Of a stretch of 64,000 nt of DNA, positions 1 through 8,538 are shown in pieces (the first letter of the stretch is position 1; the number at the start of each line of letters is the position of its first letter). A model generated the notes under the pieces. It did not search any database. It saw nothing but the letters and a program-made list of their open reading frames with translations, and was not told the DNA's origin. A program made the translations under genes and the position numbers. Source of the stretch: Candidatus Latescibacterota bacterium (GTDB lineage: Bacteria > Latescibacterota > UBA2968). Where the stretch lies: assembly GCA_965205975.1 (NCBI GenBank), contig OZ242195.1, positions 3,488,001-3,552,000 of the forward strand, written 5' to 3'.

Positions 1-2
1 CT

Positions 3-56
3 GAGGAGGGATTTGGACTTACTCTTATCGGGGTCGCAAAGGAGGGAAATGCATGA
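3..56 (+). CDS. cmr3: 3' end of probable Cmr3 (partial, runs off window)
   Basis: Reads EEGFGLTLIGVAKEGNA*. The terminal GFG..G glycine loop is typical of Cmr3 RAMPs. Stop overlaps the next ATG (ATGA), upstream of cmr4. Confidence 0.55.
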   Translation, partial: EEGFGLTLIGVAKEGNA

Positions 57-1324
57 AGACTCTTATAACACCAGTCGGCACATCGCTCTTTACAAACTAT
101 CTTGACAAGAATGGAGACAGTGCCTTTAGCCACAATTATGAAACAATCGGAAAATCTCCTGCTTCGGAATGGAATGCGTATGATTATGAAATTGAGGATC
201 TAAAAACGTCCAGTCTTGAATTTATAAAACAAGAAAAGGATTCCGCATCTGCCGAACTTCAGAGTATCACTAAAATTCAAGACAAACTGAAAGAGGACCT
301 CAAGGTTCGTCTATTTGCCTCAGACACAATTGCTTCGCGATTGGCTGCGGAAATTTTGGCGGATGATACAGTGGCTTCGGTTTTAGGCGATAATATCTCT
401 GTCGAATTTGATACGCAAACAGATATGATCAAGGGGCTTCAGGTTGAAGATCCCAAAGTCTTTTCGAATGAAGGCATGACCAATCTGATACGAAAGATAG
501 ACGAAAATGCTGGAGGGTACTGGCCAGCACTTGCGATCAATATCACCGGAGGGTACAAAGCCACCTTGCCATATCTGACGATTTTAGCACAAGTCAAGCG
601 AGTTCCGCTTTACTACAACTTTGAGGATACTGACGCACTCATCAAAATTCCGCAGTCACCGTTGGTTATTGATTTTGGCTTGATTGAACGCCATTCGGAC
701 ATTCTCATGCAAATCCATGAGGGGATAGAAAATTGGTCGCAATTCAGAAGCCAACATTACCAAGCTGTTCAAGATTTGGAAGCATTTATTGAAATTGATG
801 GAAACTACGCTCTCTTGTCACCCATTGGCGAAATTTTTTGGGAGGAGCATCAAAGATACTTTATCGTCGAATTGCCAGGAGGAAGTTATTATAGCTATGA
901 TGGAGACAAACGTCAGTTAATCGATGCAGCTATTAAAGAGCTTTATGGACGGTTAGATACTGTTCTATCTGATACCTGTCTATTAGACAGTGACATGAAT
1001 CTTATACCTGACAAATGCTACCAAAAAATCCGCAATTTGGGACACAATGACGACTTGAATCACGGTGGACAAATTCCAAACCCGACAAAGCCAAAAAATT
1101 TGGATCGGGAAATCTTCATTTTCAAAGCGACAGGTGGAGTTCATAGACGCTTACTATATAACTTCGAGGTTAAGGAACAAAGGACTACTCGACTTAGAAT
1201 ATTCGATACCCTTTGTGAAGATTTCGATCATAACACGTATATTGCCGATTGGAAAAATAAATTTGGTGATGAAAATTTTCCTGATATCAACTTTGTCACA
1301 CACACATTTGAAATTCCTTCATAG
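53..1324 (+). CDS. CRISPR-associated CARF protein (APE2256 family) with wHTH and RelE-like C-terminal domain (Cami1-like)
   Basis: VGTSLFTN, SAELQS, SDT, GLQV..NL and INITGGYKA..YYNFE..IP CARF motifs; LSPIGE wHTH; C-terminal IFIFK..RLLYNF..LRIFD..H..Y resembles RelE. Confidence 0.8.
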   Translation: MKTLITPVGTSLFTNYLDKNGDSAFSHNYETIGKSPASEWNAYDYEIEDLKTSSLEFIKQEKDSASAELQSITKIQDKLKEDLKVRLFASDTIASRLAAEILADDTVASVLGDNISVEFDTQTDMIKGLQVEDPKVFSNEGMTNLIRKIDENAGGYWPALAINITGGYKATLPYLTILAQVKRVPLYYNFEDTDALIKIPQSPLVIDFGLIERHSDILMQIHEGIENWSQFRSQHYQAVQDLEAFIEIDGNYALLSPIGEIFWEEHQRYFIVELPGGSYYSYDGDKRQLIDAAIKELYGRLDTVLSDTCLLDSDMNLIPDKCYQKIRNLGHNDDLNHGGQIPNPTKPKNLDREIFIFKATGGVHRRLLYNFEVKEQRTTRLRIFDTLCEDFDHNTYIADWKNKFGDENFPDINFVTHTFEIPS

Positions 1325-1350
1325 GTTTTATTTAAAAAGGAGAAGCCAAA

Positions 1351-2313
1351 ATGTTTAAACAAGCTAAACCCCTCTTTCTTATCGTCGAAACTCCACTCCA
1401 CGCTGGCAGCGGCAATGATCTTGGCATCGTTGATCTCCCGATCCAGCGGGAGAAGCATACGGATTATCCAAAAATCGAAGCATCCGGACTGAAGGGCAGC
1501 ATACGTGAAATTTTTAATGCTCAAAAAAATAAATCTGAAATAGAACTTGTATTTGGTTCTGAGCAAGGTGACTTACACGCAGGTGCTTTGGGATTTACCG
1601 ATGCACGTCTCTTGCTTTTTCCTGTCAAGTCGGTCAAAGGCGTGTTTGCCTATGTGACATGTCCCGCAGTTTTAGAGCGTTTCAAATACGACCTTTCCAT
1701 CTGCCAGCCGAACATTGTATTTGCTGACGATCTTCCCGGCAGTGATACGGTAACGACAGGGAGCGGACTCATTGTGGAAGATAGAAAAATTGTGCTGGAA
1801 GAATACACATTCGCGGTTAGTGAAAGCCAAGAATGTGATGCTGTTGCAGAGTGGATTGCGAAACAGGTTCTGCCACCGGATTCGGGCTATAACTATTGGC
1901 GCGATAAGATGAAACGGGACCTCGTGGTATTGAGCGATGATGATTTCCGAGATTTTGTGACGCTTTCGACAGAAGTCATTGCCCGCACCAAAATCGACAG
2001 TGAAACCGGTACCGTTGCAAAAGGTGCGCTGTGGTACGAGGAATACTTGCCGGCTGACTCTATTCTCTATTCGCTCGCCTTGACCACACCCATCTTTAAG
2101 GAAAATGACGCCGATAAAGGTATTTTCCAGTTGACCGATCAGGATAAAGAAAAGAAACACGATGAGTCGGAAAAGGTAATGGACTTCTTTGTGGATGGAT
2201 TGCCGAATGTCATTCAGATCGGTGGCAATGCAACCGTGGGTAAGGGTATAGTTCGGACACACGTTTATCAAAATGGAGGAGAAAACCATGCCACAAACTC
2301 CAACAATGCGTAA
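1351..2313 (+). CDS. cmr4: Type III-B RAMP Cmr4
   Basis: TPLHAGSG..GIVDLPIQRE, SGLKGS, DARLLLFPVKS, GALWYEEYLP, QIGGNATVGKG. Confidence 0.95.
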   Translation: MFKQAKPLFLIVETPLHAGSGNDLGIVDLPIQREKHTDYPKIEASGLKGSIREIFNAQKNKSEIELVFGSEQGDLHAGALGFTDARLLLFPVKSVKGVFAYVTCPAVLERFKYDLSICQPNIVFADDLPGSDTVTTGSGLIVEDRKIVLEEYTFAVSESQECDAVAEWIAKQVLPPDSGYNYWRDKMKRDLVVLSDDDFRDFVTLSTEVIARTKIDSETGTVAKGALWYEEYLPADSILYSLALTTPIFKENDADKGIFQLTDQDKEKKHDESEKVMDFFVDGLPNVIQIGGNATVGKGIVRTHVYQNGGENHATNSNNA

Positions 2314-2686
2314 GGGAATTGAACAAGGGCGTGCCAAGTATGCTTTTGAGGCAGTAAGCAGTGTTAATGGTGATAGATTGAAGAAAGAGTATAAATCCGC
2401 TGCAAAGAAACTCCCCGTTTTAATAAAAACGAATGGACTTGGGCAGTCTTTGGCATTCATAAAAAAAAGGAATAATGGGCACGACAGGCTATACGAACAA
2501 ATTGGAAACTGGCTCCAAGCCGTAGATACCAAACAGTTGGTTTCGACTGGCGAACTTGTGGAACAAGTCATCGAACTCAAATCACCCGTCTATCGACAAG
2601 TTACAGTCGAAACCCTCGCGCTACTCAATTGGATTCGCCGATTTGTCGATGGACTCATGGATGATGTGGAGGAGAATGATGCTTAA
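2288..2686 (+). CDS. cmr5: Type III-B small subunit Cmr5
   Basis: EQGRAKYA..EYKS..KKLPVLIKTNGLGQSLAF..Y..T.ETLALLNWIRRF; RBS GGAGGAG before ATG 2288. Confidence 0.93.
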   Translation: MPQTPTMRKGIEQGRAKYAFEAVSSVNGDRLKKEYKSAAKKLPVLIKTNGLGQSLAFIKKRNNGHDRLYEQIGNWLQAVDTKQLVSTGELVEQVIELKSPVYRQVTVETLALLNWIRRFVDGLMDDVEENDA

Positions 2687-3761
2687 TTTCCATCCATTGG
2701 ATACGAGGGAACTGGTTCGCTCAAATAATCAGATTGATAATTTCGCGTTGCGTTACCGACATTCCTTGCAGATTACTCGCGATGGTGAAAAATACAAATT
2801 TCAGCTTTCCGATCCGACGTTTAGTAAATCTTATGATGAATTGATTGAGCAGTTGCTGGAACGGCAAACAGAGCAACTCCTGCAATTTGTTATGCGTGGT
2901 ATCATGCTTTACTGCGTTGATGCAAGGGTTGATTGGCGACTAATTGTTGGCCTCGGCAGTGAGCATGTTCAAGAGACAAATATGACACTCCATCATATCT
3001 ATGGCATTCCGTACATTCCCGGAAGTGCTGTGAAAGGCGTGTTGCGGCATTGGTGGTTGCAAGAGAATTTCGACAATAACGAAAACAGAGCACTGAAAGA
3101 TGAAAATTTTCTCGCTCTCTTTGGAAGTCAAAACCGGCGCGGAGAAGTGCAATTTCTCGACGCTTATCCCGAAGAAGTCCATTTTGCGAAAGATATTATG
3201 AATCCTCATTATCCCGAATATTACAGTGGTAGCGCACCTCCAACAGATTCTCAAAATCCAAGACCTATAAATTTTTTAACTGTTGAGAAGACCGCCTTTC
3301 GGTTCGCTTTCTTAGCGAAGAAACAGGAACTTCTCGATAAACTTAAGGCGCGATTTGAAGATGTATTAGAACTGAAGGGCATCGGTGCGAAAACAGCGGT
3401 TGGTTATGGATATTTCCGAAATTTTGAAGATCAGACCGACAAAATTATTGACACATTCAAGCGTCAGCAACAAGCTGAACGGGAAGAAGCGGAAAGACAG
3501 CAAGAAGCCGAGAGATTGGCAAGTCTTTCTCCTGTTGAACAACTTGTCGAAGAATTGAACGGTCTCGCTGACAATTCTGTGGATGAAGCGCGTGTTACCG
3601 ACATCTACAACACAGAACTTCAATCTCTTGAAGGTGATGAGCAAATGATGGTCGCACAGGCATTGAAAGCTTATTGGGAACGTATCAATAAGTGGAGTGG
3701 CGGTTCGAGGAAACAGAGAACAAAGGTGCAAAAGGTTAAGTCAATTTTGGGAGAGAGCTGA
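2676..3761 (+). CDS. cmr6: Type III-B RAMP Cmr6 with C-terminal coiled-coil extension
   Basis: LIVGLG..ETNMTLHHIYGIPYIPGSAVKG, FLDAYP, DIMNPHY, PINFLTV, GIGAKTAVGYG; start set at ATG after GGAGGAG. Confidence 0.93.
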   Translation: MMLNFHPLDTRELVRSNNQIDNFALRYRHSLQITRDGEKYKFQLSDPTFSKSYDELIEQLLERQTEQLLQFVMRGIMLYCVDARVDWRLIVGLGSEHVQETNMTLHHIYGIPYIPGSAVKGVLRHWWLQENFDNNENRALKDENFLALFGSQNRRGEVQFLDAYPEEVHFAKDIMNPHYPEYYSGSAPPTDSQNPRPINFLTVEKTAFRFAFLAKKQELLDKLKARFEDVLELKGIGAKTAVGYGYFRNFEDQTDKIIDTFKRQQQAEREEAERQQEAERLASLSPVEQLVEELNGLADNSVDEARVTDIYNTELQSLEGDEQMMVAQALKAYWERINKWSGGSRKQRTKVQKVKSILGES

Positions 3762-4497
3762 CTATAGTAATCTGGCAAAAATTTTTGGTGAACGGGTGCG
3801 TGAAACAGGAGCAGACTTTTGTGCGATTAACGCGACAGGTGGCTATAAAGCCCAGATCGCCATTGCCGTTCTGATGGGCCAGGCACTCGACATTCCCGTA
3901 TATTACAAGCATGAACGCTTTGATGCCATTATTCCTTTTCCACCTATGCCTGTAGCACTCGATTTTTCGATCTGGCAACAGGCCAGTGGCATGTTTATGG
4001 TACTCAGCAAGGAGGGCATTGTTTCCTGGGAACAGTACCGTGAGGATTGGGATGAACGCTTTGAACCACTGGTCAACCGCGAGGAAATCGATGGCGAGGA
4101 CTATCTGGAACTCTCGGCGACGGGCCAGATCTTTCACGAGACCTTCCGAACCCGTTTTCAGCAGATAAAGGCCCATAGTCTTCCGCGATCAGCAACAGGG
4201 AATGAGAAGCAGACTCCCAATCTGGGCCACCATGGATACGGACAAGCACGAACTTCCATTTTGCGTTTTCTGCAAAAGCTCACAGATGAAGTGCCTTACG
4301 TCCGCTTTTGCCACTCAACGTATTGGAACCCGGACCTGCCTGAATCAAATCGGTTTCGGCCATCGGGTGGGGAAGTCCAGGGCATATACTCCAATGGAAC
4401 CTATTGCGTGAAATTTAAGGTGCATACAACATCAGATGATCAGGATGTATTACCCGGCATTGTGGCCGATCTCAATGACTGGATAGAGAAAGTTTAA
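3762..4497 (+). pseudogene. 5'-truncated APE2256-family CARF gene
   Basis: Begins mid-CARF (SNLAK..AINATGGYKAQ..VYYKHERF..PPMP) directly after the cmr6 stop. Lacks the VGTS/SAE/SDT half and a credible start. Confidence 0.7.
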
Positions 4498-4699
4498 AAG
4501 CGCGTTCGCAGGGGTGTCAGACCTGTCTTGCTTCAATTAGAACAAGTACCTATTTTGCAAGTTATAGACCCATTCAACCCGGTGGATGCGACCCACCTGC
4601 GCCGGTCAATGTCACACTGGCAGTTTGAGCGTGTAGAAAACAAGAGGCGTGAGGATTAGAGGTATTTCCTCATGTTCTGGTGGGTCGCAAATTTCTAAC

Positions 4700-4834
4700 T
4701 TTTTGCAGGAGTGTGTATTATGAACAGAGAATCGAAAGCAATTTTTCATTTTTGGAAGGATTTTGTATGTCAAAATGGCCTGAGTCGCAAACCGCCTTGT
4801 AACTATCTGCAACAGAGGGAATAACACAGACGGT
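4700..4834 (+). promoter_or_regulatory. CRISPR leader
   Basis: AT-rich non-coding segment directly 5' of the first repeat; the degenerate repeats are at the opposite end. Confidence 0.65.
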
Positions 4835-7800
4835 ATCAGGAAGGATTACCCGACTACTGGGGTATTGAAACCGTATCTTCGAGATGGATCGACATGGGGC
4901 GACTGTAATTGTAAATCAGGAAGGATTACCCGACTACTGGGGTATTGAAACTCATTGTCAAGAGGTGGGGCATCTGTGTTGGGGTTGATTGTCCAATCAG
5001 GAAGGATTACCCGACTACTGGGGTATTGAAACTCTACTTGTCCCCGTCAATCACGCGGACGATTGTTGCGTATCAGGAAGGATTACCCGACTACTGGGGT
5101 ATTGAAACTATCTCGGCATTGCGACCTTGCCACATAATTTGTCTCTTCATCAGGAAGGATTACCCGACTACTGGGGTATTGAAACTCTTTTGAGTTTTTG
5201 TGCAAATCAAATAAGGTTCTGTGTATCAGGAAGGATTACCCGACTACTGGGGTATTGAAACATATCAACGTTGAATTTGATCGTAAACAGGTGGCATTGT
5301 GTATCAGGAAGGATTACCCGACTACTGGGGTATTGAAACTTAGAACACGTCACAGAATGCCCCCAGGGGCACAGAAACATCAGGAAGGATTACCCGACTA
5401 CTGGGGTATTGAAACTTATATATCCTTTTTGATATTCGTGCTTCTCTACGTCCATCAGGAAGGATTACCCGACTACTGGGGTATTGAAACCGGATAGCTT
5501 TGTTGTTGATCGTGGACTTCGTCTGTTCCGATCAGGAAGGATTACCCGACTACTGGGGTATTGAAACGTAAAGTCTAATCGTCAAAGTTGGACCTTCTGA
5601 GTATATCAGGAAGGATTACCCGACTACTGGGGTATTGAAACGATTATCGGTCACCGTCTATGCACCCTTGAGTGGTTGGCCGATCAGGAAGGATTACCCG
5701 ACTACTGGGGTATTGAAACTCATTCTTCTGTCATTCGCCATACAATGTTCCCCTTTATCAGGAAGGATTACCCGACTACTGGGGTATTGAAACCAGTCCG
5801 ATCATTGTAAAAGCCATTCATGATGTCTTTATCAGGAAGGATTACCCGACTACTGGGGTATTGAAACGAACAATGAGGCAATTTTCCAAACTGATCGGGG
5901 GTCAAAAACATCAGGAAGGATTACCCGACTACTGGGGTATTGAAACTATCCAGCAACTCGCCCCAACTTCACTCTGAACCTTGCGCCAAATCAGGAAGGA
6001 TTACCCGACTACTGGGGTATTGAAACCTCTCTATTGTCGCCGCACCTGATTGTCGTTGAATCCATCAGGAAGGATTACCCGACTACTGGGGTATTGAAAC
6101 TTAAATCTCTCATCACGCGACCTCATTACGCCGTACCACATCATCAGGAAGGATTACCCGACTACTGGGGTATTGAAACCAAACGTTGCCGCGCGCCGTT
6201 CTTGCACAATTTGACGCATCGATCAGGAAGGATTACCCGACTACTGGGGTATTGAAACCTGCGATTATTGCGTCGTGATCGGTCCAATGGTCGTTCGCTG
6301 ACATCAGGAAGGATTACCCGACTACTGGGGTATTGAAACTTGACTGCGATAAGACAGGCGTTGCCTGATTACGTGCGCTCATCAGGAAGGATTACCCGAC
6401 TACTGGGGTATTGAAACTTGACGGGTTAGCCGCATGCAAGCGGTCGGCTGCCATTATCAGGAAGGATTACCCGACTACTGGGGTATTGAAACCGGTTCAG
6501 CATCCGAATATCCCCCATAACGCCATGCAATATCAGGAAGGATTACCCGACTACTGGGGTATTGAAACTCTGTCGCTGCTGCTCACGCATAATCTGTGCC
6601 ATACCAATCAGGAAGGATTACCCGACTACTGGGGTATTGAAACTCAGACTACGAACTTGTAGGCCAGAGTGTTGTTATTATCAGGAAGGATTACCCGACT
6701 ACTGGGGTATTGAAACTTGTCCCAGAAGGGGCCACTTGGGCAAGCCCTGGACAACAAATCAGGAAGGATTACCCGACTACTGGGGTATTGAAACAATACT
6801 CAACTTCGTTCTTCATCACCCACAACCTTCAATCAGGAAGGATTACCCGACTACTGGGGTATTGAAACTTATGCATGCAGCGAAAGCCATAATAAAGGCG
6901 ATTTCGTCATCAGGAAGGATTACCCGACTACTGGGGTATTGAAACCGACCCCTTGCCGTCGCCATACCCACTGCCATCATCGTATCAGGAAGGATTACCC
7001 GACTACTGGGGTATTGAAACTTTGTGTGGGCTGAAACCAACACAACAGAAAGTTTTGACATCAGGAAGGATTACCCGACTACTGGGGTATTGAAACTCAC
7101 GCAGACCATCTAAGCTGTCGCACATCTCCTCGCCATATCAGGAAGGATTACCCGACTACTGGGGTATTGAAACCAAACTCTCGACCGAGCAAAACTCCCC
7201 GACGTTTTGGCTAATCAGGAAGGATTACCCGACTACTGGGGTATTGAAACCTTTTTTAATGCTCGGAAACCCTTGTTTTTCAACATTTTAATCAGGAAGG
7301 ATTACCCGACTACTGGGGTATTGAAACTTTTCAGGATGTTTTTCTTTCTTTGTTTTCCAACTTTTTCAATCAGGAAGGATTACCCGACTACTGGGGTATT
7401 GAAACTGATTTACGCGAAAAACTGCCCGTATGTTTTCGTTTTTTAATCAGGAAGGATTACCCGACTACTGGGGTATTGAAACTATTCGGCATATAGTGCT
7501 GGGAATATTGACCCAGTCATCAGGAAGGATTACCCGACTACTGGGGTATTGAAACTCGAGTTGCCCGGCTCAAAAAGCGGAAAGGAATACATGCATCAGG
7601 AAGGATTACCCGACTACTGGGGTATTGAAACCTTTGTTCGCGCAGGCTTATTCGCTGTTGATCGCTGTTGATCAGGAAGGATTACCCGACTACTGGGGTA
7701 TTGAAACTCACTTCTCAACCCACGCTTTGCGGCGGCGTTGCACCGCTGCATCAGGAAGGATTACCCGACTACTGGGGTATTGAAACAGTATTTTTTGATA

Positions 7801-7840
7801 TATGCCCGAATGGCCGTGCGTTCCGCTATATCAGGAAGGA
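4835..7840 (+). CRISPR. CRISPR array: 39 full 37-bp repeats ATCAGGAAGGATTACCCGACTACTGGGGTATTGAAAC plus a truncated 40th; 39 spacers of about 36-44 bp
   Basis: Repeats counted by eye from 4835 to 7786, partial repeat 7830-7840. TACCC/GGGTA hairpin and ATTGAAAC 3' end give the orientation. Confidence 0.98.
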
Positions 7841-7963
7841 ACGCGATGTGTGACTTCAAAACCGCCACATAGAAATACCGATAAAGTAGGTATAAGAAAG
7901 TCAAAACCACTGGATTACTGGCGTTGTCCTTGCGCGTGGCGGCTAACACCCTGCCGCAATGAC

Positions 7964-7988
7964 GGGCGAGGCATGCCTCGCCCCTACA
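7964..7988. repeat. GTAG-type REP palindrome (GGGCGAGGCATGCCTCGCCCCTAC)
   Basis: Perfect 20-bp palindrome plus CTAC (GTAG on minus strand); also at 8332 and 17995. Confidence 0.8.
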
Positions 7989-8074
7989 AAAATCCTTATT
8001 GCGCTGACAGCTGACCACTCATTGCTTGTTTTCTTGACCATTATTCAAAAGTCACACCTGACGTCAGGCATGAG

Positions 8075-8111
8075 GTCAGGAAAGATTACCCGATTACTGG
8101 GGTATTGAAAC
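8075..8111 (+). CRISPR. Solitary variant CRISPR repeat
   Basis: GTCAGGAAAGATTACCCGATTACTGGGGTATTGAAAC, 3 mismatches to consensus. Confidence 0.85.
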
Positions 8112-8292
8112 TGTGCTCGGATGTGCGTTTTTGCACAGATGCGTGCATTTTTGCACATCTGTTTCCACCTGATGAGCACCTGTTTGGGATCTTTTTGCAA
8201 AAAAACCGCGAAAAAGGAACAAAAAAAGAAAATCCTCATTTTTTTGAGGATTTTTTTCTTTGGCACGCTTTTTGCATATAAATAGGGCGATC

Positions 8293-8405
8293 ATCAGGAA
8301 GGATTACCCGACTACTGGAGTATTGAAACCTGGGCGAGGCATGCCTCGCCCCTACATCCACACCAACACCAGGAAGGATTACCCGCTTTATTGGGATCGT
8401 GAAAT
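8293..8405 (+). CRISPR. Mini-array: repeat (1 mismatch), 38-bp spacer, degenerate repeat, preceded by leader-like 8112-8292
   Basis: Repeat 8293-8329, spacer 8330-8367, degenerate repeat 8368-8405. The upstream AT-rich tract has CATTTTTTTGAGGATTTT, similar to CATTTTGGAAGGATTTT-type sequence in the main leader. Confidence 0.85.
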
Positions 8406-8413
8406 CTTTTTTC

Positions 8414-8442
8414 TTGACAAGTGAACATTTGAGCACTAATTT
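8414..8442 (+). promoter_or_regulatory. Sigma70-like promoter for CAPP-cas1-cas2
   Basis: TTGACA-17 bp-TAATTT about 100 bp upstream of ATG 8539. Confidence 0.55.
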
Positions 8443-8538
8443 TTGGGTTAAAATTAAAACCGCCCAAAAGAGTAAGGTAAGCCACAGGTTCCCCCCGCAT
8501 GTGGTTATATTTTTCTCCAAATAGAAAGGAATCTCCCC

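Noticed and set aside
3697..3761. ORF-track start for the second CARF gene
   Set aside because: Overlaps the cmr6 3' end, and the added residues show no CARF similarity.
4581..4689. 11-bp inverted repeat TGCGACCCACC/GGTGGGTCGCA upstream of the leader
   Set aside because: Short, single occurrence, no internal ORF or target duplication; cannot support an element call.
4945..7853. Short ORFs with IRKDYPTTGVLK / QEGLPDYWGIET repeats
   Set aside because: Translations of the CRISPR repeat, not genes.
8075..8111. Possible tracrRNA anti-repeat
   Set aside because: Same orientation as the array and no class 2 effector in the window.
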